NCBI RefSeq assembly: GCF_009914755.1
Contig: NC_060925.1
Source: the human T2T-CHM13v2.0 reference genome, Homo sapiens
Direction: 5' to 3' (one strand)
Length of the DNA stretch: 64,000 bases
Part shown: piece by piece, positions 37,661 through 51,821 of the stretch
How positions within the stretch are numbered: position 1 is the stretch's first letter
Layout: each line of letters starts with the position of its first letter
Notes under the pieces: generated by a model
What the model was told of the DNA's origin: nothing
What the model saw: only the letters and a program-made list of their open reading frames with translations
Databases searched by the model: none
Translations under genes and position numbers: made by a program

Positions 37661-39399
37661 AAAGACATAAAAGCAAAACTACATGCTATGGAAAATTTGA
37701 AAAAAAATACAAAAAGTATAAAGAAGAAAATTAACATTGACATTATGAAGTATTTCCTTGATTGATAGACATTTAATAATGTTATAATCAGATTTTGCAT
37801 TTAATAATATAGAATTTCCCATGTCATCAAATAATTTTTGTAAACACATTTTAATGGCACTATAAAATATAATTCTATAGGAACACCATATTTATTTTCA
37901 TCATTCCCTTATTGCAGAACGCCTGTTTTTCCTTTCATCTTTTCACTGTTATAAATAATGCTGCCCTGGCACATCATGGCACATAAACTTTTCCTAAATC
38001 TCTGAATATTGCTCTAGGAGTAAATAAGGACCAAAGCGTATAACGGATAGCATTTTCAAACCCTCTGAATCTCAATTTGCACATGTAAGTACTTGGGTAC
38101 ATAGGAGCTGCTTAATAAATAATCTTGAATGAATAAACATGACAGTAACGTCAGTCTCTCAGGGTTGTACTTGCAGTTTTCCAAATCATTCTCTTCCTCT
38201 CAACCATGCTTTTGTATATTCTATATTCTGTCGGCGATTGCCTTTGCACCATTTCACCTGGTTAACTGGTGCCTGTCCAGAGAAATCTCTCCTGACAAGA
38301 CCCTCCTACCCCAGGGACCTGAAATCTGTAAGGTACCCATTTGAAGCAGTCTGTGCTTACTGAATTAATCATGTGGAACAATCACATGTTTCTACCTATG
38401 TCTGCCCGCCAGATTGTGAGTTCCTTGAGGACAAGGACTATGTTTTATTTCTTTATTTATGTACTTTTCTCAGGTGCAGAGGCCCAAGTTAAACATATCT
38501 TTCGGTTCAGGGAAAATTGCCATTATTTCTGTGAAAATCCACTTCGTATTTTCCCCCTTTGATATATTACTTTTTAATTTATTCTTTTTTATATCCCCGT
38601 AATCATCTTCCATTTTTCTCTCCTGCACAAGCATCCATTATAATGCAATTATATGTATCTTTTTGTTTGTATGTATTTTCAAAATGAGCTATGTTGTTCT
38701 ATATATGTATGTCTTACTTAATTTTAATGAATCGACATACTTCTGTATCAACACTTGTTCATGACTGGCATATCTTTAATTTTCAATAAATGCCTGTGGA
38801 ATTATGAAGAAAAAAGGATAGCATTGCAATATTCTCCTTCTTTCTTATCAGATATACTTTAATAATAAATCAAGGATTATTGATTGGGCAAAGGACTCCA
38901 AAAAGGAAGATTTTTAGATAAGGCTGTTTATTTAAATGTTTGGAGTAAGAGCTGTCAGATTGGATCCAATTTAGTCCCACATGACTCATGATGCAGAGTA
39001 TATTAAATGCTAAAATATCTGCAGTCTGTTGATCAATAAGGTAGTTCTCCAAAATGCCAGTCACCTATGCGGCCAGGCTAGATTAAACGGTGCCACAACA
39101 ACATGCATTAGAGCCTCTCATGCTTTTCCGTGGAACAAGTTCACTCCACATTCAGTCCTTCATTCAGCCAAGCATAGATAGAACAAACAAGTTTCACTGG
39201 GCCTGGCTGTCTGCTAGTGCTTCCATGAGCTTCTAGAAACAACAATATTATTCAAAACATCCAAGAGTTCTTGTAATTTCCAAGCACACATGCTTTCTTA
39301 AATACCTACAGCCAGAGTCCAGAACATATCCATTTATCTTCCTATGTTTCATTTGATCTCATTTTATCTGTGGAGGCAAATGTGTTTTTATTAAAAAGA

Positions 39400-40090
39400 A
39401 AAGAAATTTGTGGACACTAAACTAGGAAGCAAAATTAAATAGATTGTATAAAATATTTCATACAGACTAAAAGCTATAGAGAATGATATAACAAACATCA
39501 TTTATCCACTGCCAAGCTTAAGAAATAAAACATTGCAAATAACTGAAAACCTCTGTGCATCCCCTCTTTAGTCACATTCCTCTGGCCTGTCCCCAGAGAT
39601 GTCCCCGTTCTGAATTCAGTGTTTGTCAATCCCATATTTGTCTTTCTATTTCTGCTGCATGTGTAGGTATATCTGTAGAATGTGAGTTCCCAGAAAGCAA
39701 GTACTTTTCTCTGTTCACTGATACATCACCAGCACCTAGAGCAACACATGGCACATGGCAGGTTTTCAAAAAGTATTTATTGACTGTTGAATAAATAATG
39801 TATTTGTAATAATGTCAGGATTTTTTCATATTTTAACCCCTTATAAAGTGTTTCATATTGTATATATCCTTCTGCAACTTAATTTGTTTGTTCAATCTAT
39901 GCTGATAATGTAACTTGGCTCCATTCATTTCACTGCAGTATAGTATTCCAATGTAAGATTAGAAGACTATTTATTTATCTGTTCCAATCATGGGCATCTA
40001 GGTTGTTTCCGATTTCTAATATTGTAAATTTGTTGCAGTGAATGTCCTGATACTGTTTTTTTGCTCCATTGTGTAAGAGTTTTTCTATAA
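39400..40090 (-). mobile_element. Old L1ME fragments with an L2 3' end (about 39680-39795)
   Basis: Degenerate L1 3' motif 'cactgcagtatagtattcca'; L2 terminus 'gcacctagagcaacacatggcacatggcagg...gtatttattgactg'. Confidence 0.55.
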
Positions 40091-41679
40091 TAAACAGCAG
40101 GGGAGAAAGTGAGAAGGGACTGACTCTTGCCTCTACTATATTTCTTCCTCTTCCAAATCTCTAGGTGAATGGGAAGTTGGGAAATCAGCTCAGCCCTCTG
40201 GGCATCAGCTTCCTCACAAACAAGATGAGGCCAGTTGGTCAGCCAATCTTTTAATGGGTTTATGTATCTTCGACTTTATTATTAGCAACAACGGTATAAG
40301 TAGTTAGGAAAGGACTAATTTCCTCCATGTAAACTTTCTGTATTTTTCTGAATCAGTTTCATTCCATAGCCCTATTCTTATTGGTAAAGGAACTTTCATT
40401 CTCAGTCATTGTACGGGGAGCCCCTTTTTCCTCTTCTCCAGGGTCTTAATAGGGTCTGGAAAGACTCACCTGGTCCAAAAAGTTTGAGGAAGAAGCTTCT
40501 AGTCTTCAGCTCTGTAGGGTCAACATGAGATGCTTATTGTTCAAGCCTGTGTGATCCACCCAAAAGTAGGCTGCTCTACTACGGCATCCATGCTGCTGTG
40601 ACCGGATGGACCACAGGACAGTTGAGACCCCAGCTAGATATCTGCCAAACCCAGGACTGTCAGCAAGGGAATAGGGTTCAGGTCTTCTCCATTTATAAAC
40701 TACCAACCCCTCTTTACTCTGGAATATTCTCACTCTCCTGGCTGGGATAGACAGTGTTGGCTCATTCCACTCCCCTCAAATCCTACTCCTAATTGTATGC
40801 CATCTTGGTCAGTATTACTCCATCCACCCCAGGAGCCCAGAGCCTAGCCATTCTCTCTCTCTCTCTTTCATGAACCAACAGCAGGAAAAGAAAAAGATAT
40901 GGTTACTTTCTCATCACATATCTAGCTAGCTTTATTTCTAGATATTTTAATTATTTGTATTTTCATCTGCTTTATTTACTCTGAAAATGATTGCATTCTA
41001 ACAAAATATATTTAAATTCTGTAGACCAGACCATAGCTATTTTGTTTAATTTATACTTTCCAAAGAGAATTAATAGATTTACCAAAATAGGAAATTAATG
41101 TTTATCACCAAAACAAATCATTATCAGGCAAAGTCAAGTTGAATATATAACACTTATACCCGCAGCTCTTCACAATGGAAAAGTTTTAACTGATTTCATC
41201 TCGCACACAAATAATTTGATGACATTAGTCTTACACATTTTCTTGAGTGGGTCTAAGTTGCCATTTAAATGGATATGTTCTCTCTCAAGTTTTTTTTTTC
41301 TTTTGTGGAGTTTAGTTCATAAATTACAATCCTTATCAAGAGTTAAAACTTCAAGTGTCATCTTCTCTCTGGACAAAGATGTTGAGCAAGATAGTTAATC
41401 ATGTTGCCTTTCCTTTTTTGCTCTATGATAAGAAGCTTTTTCCACTATCCAAGCAATGATGATTAACAGCTCACTTTTGCTGAGCACTCAATTTGGGTCA
41501 AGTATTAAACTGAGTGTTTCACATACTTCTTTATCCATACCAGAGCCCTATCTAGCGGGCATTAGTAAGCCCGTTTCATAGATGAGAAAACTGAGACTCT
41601 GAGTGTGAAATTACTTGGCCAAAAACATCTAGTATATCGCTAACGCAGGAATTGAACCAAATCTCCCTGACTTCAAAAC

Positions 41680-42156
41680 TGCTGTAATCTGAATGATTGT
41701 TTTCCCCCACAATTCACCTGTTGAAACCTAATCACCAATATGACCGTGTTGGGAAGTAAGGCCTTTGGGAGGTGATTAGGTCGTGAGGGCAGAGCCATCA
41801 TGAAGACATGAGTGCCTTATAAAAGAGGCCCCAGCTTGCCCCAGCAAGCTGCCTTGCCCATCCCACCATGAGAAGGAATTCCACCATGGCAGGCAATGTT
41901 TGCTGGAGAAAATGAAGAGGGGAAGCCCCTAAAACAGCAAGTAATTCCTCAATATAAGTTTTGAGATTTAATAGTGAGGGCACAGCCAGAAGGCATCATC
42001 TATGAACAAAAAAACAGGCCCTCACCAGACACTGAATCTGCCAGAGCCTTGAACTTCTACTTCCCAGCATCCAGAACGGTGAGGTATAAATTTCCATTGC
42101 TTGTAACTCACCTAGTCTATGATGTTTTATTATAGCAGCCCAAACAGATGAAGGCA
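41680..42156 (+). mobile_element. MLT1A-type MaLR solo LTR inserted in MIR, carrying a foreign insert at about 41870-41974
   Basis: 'gcctttgggaggtgattaggtcgtgagggcagagcc' and 'ccctcaccagacactgaatctgcc'. Perfect TSD aaaac at 41675-41679 and 42157-42161. Confidence 0.88.
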
Positions 42157-42174
42157 AAAACTACTGCTCTGTAC

Positions 42175-42340
42175 CCAATAGTCATTACCCTAGCTGCACA
42201 TTAGAATCACCGGGTGAGCTGTAAAACCTCCCCACGTTCACGCCCCACCCCCAGAGATTCTGAGAATGAAGGCTGAGCAAAGTTAGGTTTTGAAATCTCC
42301 CCAGGTGATTGTAATGTGTGTCTGGCATGAGACCCACTGT
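42175..42340. mobile_element. MER5-type hAT MITE
   Basis: 'gctgcacattagaatcaccgggtgagct...ccccagagattctga...ccccaggtgattgtaatgtg'. Confidence 0.75.
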
Positions 42341-43299
42341 AACTAGCTAGGAAGGCTGACAGCTGAAAGGGATCAAGTCTTCCAGAATAGAGCAGATCAA
42401 AAGCACCAGGAGTGGTGGTCTCCAAAATGTAAGAAAGTATGATTTTTAAAATTCATTTAAATGTGAAGGAAATGTGCTAATTCATGAAAGTAACCCATAA
42501 AATCAGAGAAGAGTACCTGAAGTGCCTAGGATTGTGCAGTTTCCATGCAGTTATTCAGCTCGGACTTTGTCCACTCTAAGGCAATGTCTGTTTGGAGAAA
42601 ATGAACAGTGGAAGCCCCTAAAACAGCAAGTAATTCCTCAATACTAAGAGTGAGGTTTCATAGAATTTAGAGAACTGTAATGATAAGACTCTACTACCGC
42701 AGTTGTTTCCTCAGCTGATTGAGCCCTGTGGCAGATTTTATCTTTGTTTTTCCACCTGCTTAAGGACACTAGTTTCTGATCTCCCAGGAAACTGGGAGTA
42801 AACCCCAACCTGACTGCAGCTCTCACCTCAGCATGGAGAGGTTTCACTTGGCATCTGCCTGAATACAGATGTCTCCGAAGGTTAACAGCCTGTTCTGGTG
42901 TTACACCTTGCTAGAGAAGAGAGCCATCTTGACCTGGATACATTTCTCCATCTCCAAGCTTGGGCTGGGGCTCAGGGGGAGAGTAAGAAATGACTGGGCA
43001 GAGAGCATGTGCCAGGGAGCAAGAACAGCACCTTCGAAGGCACAGACTTAAAAGAACGAGGATGGGCCTCAGTTCCAAGTATGGAGACCAGCTGTCCCAG
43101 CTTACCTGGTAAAATGCCCCATCTTAGGAAACCTCTTCATCCTGAGAAAATGGGATGGTTGGTCACCCTAGTTCCAAAGAACCATGCAGAATGGGGAAGG
43201 AGTGACGTGCAGGGCATCACTGAAGCCTAAAGCCTGCTCTTCTCACCTGCCCCATGCAGCCTTTTCTGAAAACCAATTAACTCCTCTGTGTGGGCCTGG

Positions 43300-44240
43300 T
43301 TGAGCCTCATTCTAGTATCTGGGGTCTGTTGTCTTCCTCTCTATGCATCACTTCACTTTTCTGGAGCACATCCTGTAGTAGTTTCCTTAAAAAAAAAAAA
43401 AAAAGTCAATGGGAGGTACATTTTCTAAAAGTCTTCCATTGCAAATGGCTTTATTCTTTCCTCATAATTTTCTGACAGTTTGCCTGGGTTTTTAATCCTT
43501 GTGTTCGCAAATCAGTTTTCCTCCAACATTTTGAGCCACTGTCTTCTGCCTTGCCATATTGTGGTCAGGCGTTGTTCTGATTTTCAGTCCCCTATCCTTG
43601 TGACCTGTGCCCTCCTCTCTCCTCACATTCCTGGAAGTTTTAAAGATCCTGTCTGTGTTCCTGGTGTTCTGAAGTATCCCACTGATGTACCTTGGTGCAG
43701 ATCTTCTTTCATTCACTGGGCTGCACACCTGGTGTGATCTCTCAATGTGGAGACGCAGGTCCCTCGGGCTTGGGACATTTTACAGTTGGTTTTTATTCTT
43801 TGCTCATTTTCTACCCTCTGCTCTTTCTGTTCTTGCTTTTTAGAATTGGATATAAGGCTTTCAGAATTGATTCTCTCCTTCTCTACCTAAATTTTCTCTC
43901 ATTTTCTACCTAAATTTTCTACTACCTTCTGCTTGCTGCAGACTTCCTTAACTTCACCTTCCATCTGTTCTATTGAGTTTATTTCAGCTATCATAGTTTT
44001 AATTTTCAAGAGCTCTTTCTTTCTTTAACTGTTCCTTTTTCAAACCATATGTTTTTAGTTTTGTGGGTGTAATATCTTCTTGTATCTTTCTGAGAATAAT
44101 GTTTAAATTGCTTTCTAAATTTTCTTTGTCTGTTGCATTATTTTTGTTTCCTTTGGATTTTGTTTATTGGGACCTCTTTCCTTTATATTTAAAAGTTTTC
44201 TCCTAAGTTTTGAGATTCCTGGCTGCCCATTTGTATTCGT
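43300..44240 (-). mobile_element. Old L1ME/HAL1-like ORF1 region
   Basis: T-rich, with 'ttctattgagtttatttcagctatcatagttttaattttcaagagctc'. Confidence 0.6.
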
Positions 44241-44309
44241 GTGTGCCTGGGGGCCACTGGAGTAGGAGGCTCAGCCAGTGGTGGGCTTTAGTCCAGCATA
44301 TTTAGGCCG

Positions 44310-45350
44310 TCTATTAGCTTCCTATTTGCTATAACAAATTACCACAAACTTAGTGACTTAACACAAATTTATCATCTTATAGTTCTGGAGACTGGAAGTC
44401 CTAAAGTCAAGATGTCAACAGAAACCAGGCATGGTGCCCAGCCCCTGTGGTCCCAGCTACTCAAGAGGCTGAGGCAAGAGGATCACTGGAGCCTAGGAGT
44501 TAGAGGCTGCAGTGAGATATGATTGTGCCACTTCACTCCAGCTTGAGAGGCAAGATGAGGCCCCATTTCTTAAAAAAAAAAAAAAAAAGGGCAAAACAAA
44601 ACAAATGTCAGGGGTGGTTCCTTCTGGAGGCTCTAGGGGAAAATCCATTTCCTTGCCCTTTTCAGCTTCTAGAGGCTACACACTCCCTACTTTATGGCTC
44701 CTTCTGTCATCTTTAAGGCCAGCCTTTTCAAATCTCTCACTCCTCTATTGTCCCCTCTCTTCCTTGCTTTCTCGCACTGCTTCTTTCATTATGTCTCCTC
44801 TCTGACAGTGACCCTCCTGTGCACCAAACCTGAGTAGTCAGTATCATCTCCCCATCTTAAGATCCTTAACTCAATCACCTCTGCAAATTCCCTTTTGTAA
44901 TGTAAAGTGTATTCGTCCATTTTCATGCTGCTGATAAAGACATACCTGAGACTGATCAATTTACAAAGGAAAGAGGTTTAATGGAGAACTCACAGCTCCA
45001 CATTACTGGGGAAACTTCACAATCATGACGGAAGGCAAGGAGGAGCAAGTCACGTCTTATGTGGATGGCAGCAGGCAAAGAGAGAGCTTGTGCAGAGAAA
45101 CTCCTGTTTTTAAAACCATCAGATCTTGTGAGACTCATTCACTATCAGGAGAACAGCATGGGAAGACCCACCCCCAGGATTCAATTATCTCCCACCAGGT
45201 CCCACCATATGGGAATTATGGGAGCTACAAGATGAGATTTGAGTGGGGACACAGAGCCAAACCACATCATAAAGTAACATATTCACAGCTTCTGGGGATT
45301 AATACATGAACTTCTCTGGGAAGGGGAGTGGCATTATTTAGCTTACCACA
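44310..45350 (-). mobile_element. MLT1 LTR with a nested Alu right monomer (44424-44590) and THE1 LTR
   Basis: 'gctataacaaattaccacaaacttagtgactta', 'ccttctggaggctctaggggaaaatcc', 'gtaacatattcacag'. Confidence 0.8.
44908..45269 (-). mobile_element. THE1-type solo LTR
   Basis: tgtattcgtccattttc...gagccaaaccacatca. Perfect TSD taaag at 44903-44907 and 45270-45274. Confidence 0.92.
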
Positions 45351-45949
45351 GGCAGGGACCAGTCATTCCTAGTAGACCTCCAAAGCCAGAAGAGAGAGAA
45401 TTTGCTGTCTTTTTCTAAACAGGGAACTTCTGGTGTCTTGCCCAGGGAGCAGGATCCTGGCTGTTGGTTCCTCACTGCACAGGGAGTTGGTGGTCTGGTT
45501 GCCACATAAGCACATTTTAATCTCATTTTCAGCCTCTGGATTCCCTCAGAGGTCCTGGGACCTGGGGCCTTTGTCTTCCACATGTATCCTATGTGGAAAA
45601 TGTCCACATCACACTTCCACACTTTTCTCCGAAGGACTCAGACATCTTATTTTTAAATAGATCTAAATTTATTGCTGTCTTCCTTAAAACCCTTTTAATG
45701 GCTTCTCACTGCCCTTAAGATGAATTTCAAACTCCTTACATGGATTATACTTTTCCAAATGGTTAGGCCCTTGCTCACCTCTCCAGCCTGTAACAGTTTT
45801 CCAAGCATTCTTTACGTCCCCTGCTGCAGCCAGTTTTGGGGTTTGTCTTTGCCAATTTATTTCTCTGTGTGCCCCACCACCACCACTACCCCAGTAGACT
45901 GGAAGATCCACAAAGGCAGAAACCACTGTCTTCACTCATCTGCTTAACC

Positions 45950-46130
45950 CAGTGGTTCTCAAGCTTTAAGGAGCATGAGAATCATCTAGAACACTGATTA
46001 GAACACAGTCTGCTGGGCCCCATCCCTACAGTTTCTGATTCAATAGGTCTGAGGTAGCCTAAGAATTTGCCTTTGTAATGAGTCCTCAGGTAATGCCGAT
46101 GGTCCAGGGACCACACTTTGAGAACCACAG
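45950..46130. mobile_element. MER5A
   Basis: TIRs cagtggttctcaa ... ttgagaaccacag; internal 'ctgggccccatccctacagtttctgattcaataggtctg'. Confidence 0.88.
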
Positions 46131-47189
46131 ATTTAACAAATACTTATTAAGCATTATCTTGTTCACCTCTATACCCCAGCAGCTATCATAGTATCTGGCT
46201 CATAGTAGAGCCTCAGTACATGGTGGCTATCATTATTATCATGACCAATAAAAGGAGTTAGAAAAGGAAGTGGGAAGAAGAGCTACTGTGTACATTTTTC
46301 TAGAGTTTCTTGAACTAGAAAATAGTTGCTTAACTGTGACTTCTGAATCATTAAAATACATTTTATAATATTTTAAAGAAATGCAATTTATAATCTTTAA
46401 TCTAGTATAATGCAAGTACCAAGAAGAAACACTGACATTCATTGAAACCTGTCAAGGCTCTAGATCTTATGGTCTTAATGAGCAGAACAATCACTTCAGG
46501 CTCAAAGTACATCTGGTATCTCAGAGATATGACACACTTCCTGAACTTGCACAAGAATGCAAATTTCATTAATAAAGGAGTCACTGAGGCATCAAGACAA
46601 AAATAAAGAGTATTTTAAAACACAAGACTGTGTCCAATCAATGCTGATAAAGTGATTCAGACCTCACAGAATGGGTCACCATAGTCACAAATTAAGCAAA
46701 GGTGTAGATAAGAGATTATATTATTGCTAGCTTCATTACAAAAGATGAATCAAATGAAGAGCATTTAGAATAGTAGCAAACGTCACAGGAAATATACAAA
46801 GCAAGACAAAGAAGGAATGGATATTTGTATATAAACACATTCCTTCCTCATTCAAACAGATCTGCTATTGAATCCAAATTAAAATTAGAACATACATTTG
46901 TTTGTTCATAGACTTTGGCTCCAGTAAAAATGAAAGAAATATAATCTCCACTGTCTTTTAGAAGTTAATTTGCCAGTCCTGAGAATGCTCTATATTTCAA
47001 ATTCGTTTAAAATGATTCAGAAGGACAATCAAAATGTTGTATGCATACACAATGAAATACTATTCAGCCATAAAAAAGAACTAAATCCTGCTATTTGCAA
47101 CAATATGGCTGAACATGGAGGACATGATCTTAAGTGAAATAAGCCAGGCACAGAAAGACAAACACTGCATGATTTCATTTTATGTGGAA

Positions 47190-47487
47190 TTTTTTTTTTT
47201 CTTTTTGAGACAGAGTCTCACCCTGTCACTCAGGCTGGAGTGCAGTGATGCAATCTCGGCTCACTGCAACCTCTGCCTCCTGGGTTCAAGCTATTCTCAT
47301 GCCTCAGCCTCCCAAGTAGCTAGGATTACAGGCACGTACCACCATGCCTGGCTAATTTTTGTATTTTTAGTAGAGACAGGGTTTCACTATATTGGCCAGG
47401 CTAGTCTTGGGCTTCTGACCTCAAGTGATCCACCTTACTCAGCCTTCCAAAGTGCTGGATTACAGGCGTGAGCCACCACACCCAGCC
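47190..47487 (-). mobile_element. AluSx/Sz-like
   Basis: Full dimer. Confidence 0.92.
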
Positions 47488-47496
47488 TGTATGTGA

Positions 47497-47797
<301 letters not shown>

Positions 47798-47954
47798 CTG
47801 TATGTGGAATTTTTAAAAGTTGATCTCATAGAAATAGAAAGTAAAATGTGGTTACCAGAGGCTGGGGTGGTTAGTGGGGAGGGGGGAATGGGGAGATGTC
47901 AGTCAAAGCATATATAATGACAGATAGAAAGAATACATTCAAGAAATCTATTGT

Positions 47955-48386
<432 letters not shown>

Positions 48387-48762
48387 CTAGGTTTAGCCAT
48401 TTCACAATGTATATATACTGCAAAACGTGTGTGATGAATACATACAATTTTATCTGTCAATTTAAAGTGTTCTAGGAACATTATTTGAAGAATGAAAAGT
48501 TTTCTTTATAGAAAGATAAATAGTAGTCTTTAGAAAAACATTTCTGACTTTATGCTTTCTAAAAAGATTTCCTATTTTTTCACAAGCTCTTATCCTACTC
48601 GAAATTCATACACAGGAGAGCCAATGGTGTATATTATACACACCATAAACTTTTAGCATTACAACTTCCACACAAGAAAGTGATCAAGCCAAGGAACCCT
48701 CTCACTGCCTTGATCCAGCGAGGCTGGGCCTGGCATGTTGTAGATGCTTAACAAATATTTGT

Positions 48763-48842
48763 TGGATAGATGGATGGATGGATGGATGGATGGATGGATG
48801 GATGGATGGATGGATAGGTGAATAGGCAGATGAATGGATGAT
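48763..48842. repeat. (GGAT)n grown from an L2 3' tail
   Basis: Follows 'cctggcatgttgtagatgcttaacaaatatttgtt'. Confidence 0.9.
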
Positions 48843-50546
48843 TTATATGTGAGTCCTGAATTTTCCATTTAAATTTTTTTACTTGAGCAATACATATTCA
48901 TTTTATAAATATTATAAAATATAGATATTTAAAAGGAAAAGCATCTATAACCATGCACTCACATTTAAGCTATTTAATATGCTAACATCTTTTTATTATA
49001 AATTCTTGTGAATATATATATACAGTTTTATAAAAATGGGATCACAGTATATCCACTATTTAGTTACCTGTCTATTCACATAATATGTTATGAATCTCTT
49101 TCAGTATTAATACACATGCTTTCTCACTATCATTTTTAATAGCTGCATAAAAGTAGGAAAAATACAATAATTTGGGTATTTTCTGGGCTTCCTAAGCCTC
49201 AATTTCAAAATTATAATCAATAAATATGGTGGTACTGTTCCCTATACTTTAAAACAATAAAACCGAGTTTGTTGAAAATACCATTGAGATAGCTAAGAAG
49301 ACAATTATTACTGATAACTTGAACCCTGCTTTACTGGAGAAAATAATTTGTCTCAATTCTTCATAAAGTGGAAGCTCTGCAATCCTTAAAGTTATCTTAA
49401 AATTCATTCTAGCTTATTGTGACTAGCTTGATTATACCCCTGCTGCCTTATTTGCAATTTAGTACCAAATCTTTCTTTTTATGATGTGCAAAGAATCTAG
49501 ATTCTAATGGGATTCTCATAAACATGGATTACTTGGGTATGGATTAATGAACCATTACAAATAAATTATAGAATTTATAGACGTTGGAGGGGGGAACTTC
49601 TTCTCTCCTAATGTTTAAGAAGGGCCCAATAACAAGCACCCCAACTCCTCCCTGACTGACTTCTGAACAACTGAGAAGTCTCCAAATAATCTCTCCTTCT
49701 CTGGGGAGGAGTAAGTGAGGGATCAGAGCACAGCACAGTTAGTCTGATCATGATCAGCTTGGTTCACATTGATTTAGAGCTTTATGGTTTTTGTACATCT
49801 CACTTAATTCAAGAAAATGTCAACGTGTCAATTCAACAAGCACATACTGAACATCTACTAAATGTCAGGCACTATGCCAGATTCTGGGGTTACAAAACTT
49901 AATCAAGATTTACCTAGTCCTTGCTTTCAAAAATCTCAGTCTCTTGGGAAAGACAGGCAATTTAAAAACATTCCTTCACTATGTGAGTGTCTTGGTTAAG
50001 ATTCTTTAGGTTGTAAGACACAAAAACCTGTTTAGCTTTAAAAAAAAAAAAGGTAAATTTATTGTAAACCTATGGAGACCTCTCAAAAATCCAAGAAAGA
50101 ATGCATCTGAACCCTAGGAACAGTGTGGAACTGGGTGTGGAAAGGTCATTAAGAATTTCCCTCCGTTGTGTGTCTGTTTCCCTCTATTTTTCCCTTATTA
50201 TAGGCCTGTTTCTTCCCTTAGTTACATAGTAAAAGCATCTACCAACTGGTACAGCCCCCAGCAGGGAGGCCAGTCTCTTTCAGTCTGAATTCCTAGAGAA
50301 GGATGCTCATTGTCCAAGCTTGGTTCAGGTACACTCCTCATCCAATCACCTGTGGTCAGGCTTACATGATAGGGGTAGGAGGGGTGCTTAAGCAGAGTCC
50401 AATAGGTATCCAGTATATTGAGAATTATAAAAGTGCTATGGGTTAATGAGGAGGGAGCCACTTACTCTGCCTTCTATGTTCAAGGCACTATGAAAGATGA
50501 AAAGTTGAATAAAATACACAACTAATTCTGACATAGGACAGAGTAT

Positions 50547-50869
50547 TGTTGTAGCACTTTTGCTTAGTTCAGCTGAAGACAGGGTCCTTTGTCCCACAGC
50601 CATGAAAATTCAGGCTTGCAGACAATTTGAATGGTAAGACAGTTTTAATGGGTGAAAAGGAAGAAAAGGGGGAAACAGGGACTCTCTCAAGGCCAGAGTC
50701 CCCTGCTAGAATGCTTCCCACCTGGCAGATTGAATGCCAGGTTCCACACAGGAAGAGGAGGGGCCAGGCTCCTTCCTGCTGCAAAGGGTGCCAACTTCCC
50801 CGAGGCTCCACCCCAGTGCGCAGGCCGGTTGGAGTTTTTCCGGAGACCTCCTCCCACCTGGCTGTTTCA
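50547..50869 (-). mobile_element. MER61-type ERV1 solo LTR inserted in L2
   Basis: Minus strand starts TGAAACAGCCAGGTGGGAGGAGGTCTCCGGAAAAACTCCAACCGGCCTGCGCACTGGGGTGGAGCC. 4-bp TSD gtat/gtac. Confidence 0.82.
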
Positions 50870-51807
50870 GTACGATGTGATGTGCACAGTTACAGAGATG
50901 TAACATGCTCAGTGAACACATTGGAGAGGAGATTGGTTCCAGTGGGGGAAGAAGAGTGACTTGAGTTCAGTCTTAAAATGAGTCTTTTAATGAGATGAGT
51001 TGGGTAGGTAGCTAGGCAGATCATTCTAGGTGAAGATGATAGGCTGAACAGAAGACAGGGCATATTGAGGGACAGCCGGGAGGATGTCTGGGCTCATCAG
51101 TGGCAAAGATAAGCCTACGGGATAGGCTGGCCCAGATCAGAAAGAGTTTTGCATACTACAGTAGTGTAAAGTCCCTGGCAGCCTTGGAGCAGAGCGATAA
51201 CATGGAAACATGACATTGCCACTCATGTGGAGAATGGACTGAAGTGGAGAGACTGGTTTCAGGGATGCTAGTCAGAGGGCATTTTAATTATTAGGCCAAA
51301 AGAGATGATGGAGGTGCAGCCAGGGGAGAAGCAGGGGGAATAATGAGAGGAGAGAGAGATTTAGGAGAACAAGGGAGAGCGAATATCCAGTACCTTTTAT
51401 CTAATTCCAGAATTAAATTCTGATGGCAGACTTTGGGAACTCTTTGCCAAGAACCAGGGTGCTAACTTTGTGGTTGCTCTTGGAAAGAGGGAGCAGCGTC
51501 TTCCCTTTGCTTCTCTGCTTCTCACTGTGCTTGCCCTCCTGCTCTGCACACTGCTTAAATATTGTTAGCTGGTGCAAGGTTTGAATCCTGATGAAATTTC
51601 CAAACCCTCTCTTCCTGGGATATAGTTTTCTCATTCATGAAATGGAAGTGCTGCCACTTCAGGGTCCTGTAAAGAGATAATGCTGATGCCAGGCCAGGGA
51701 AAAAAGCAGTACTCAAGATCACCTTTTTTTAAAGTTCACTGCAACATTCAGTAGATGAAAAATGTGTAGCTGTAATTCATTGAAGGCAATGAGTAGTCTG
51801 TTCTTGA

Positions 51808-51821
51808 GTTACCATGGCAAC
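51808..51821. promoter_or_regulatory. Near-palindromic RFX X-box
   Basis: GTTACCATGGCAAC matches GTTRCCATGGYAAC exactly, in a non-repeat island. Confidence 0.6.

Noticed and set aside
50547-50869. Possible p53 response element in the MER61 LTR
   Set aside because: Some MER61 subfamilies carry p53 sites, but I could not find a paired RRRCWWGYYY match in this copy.
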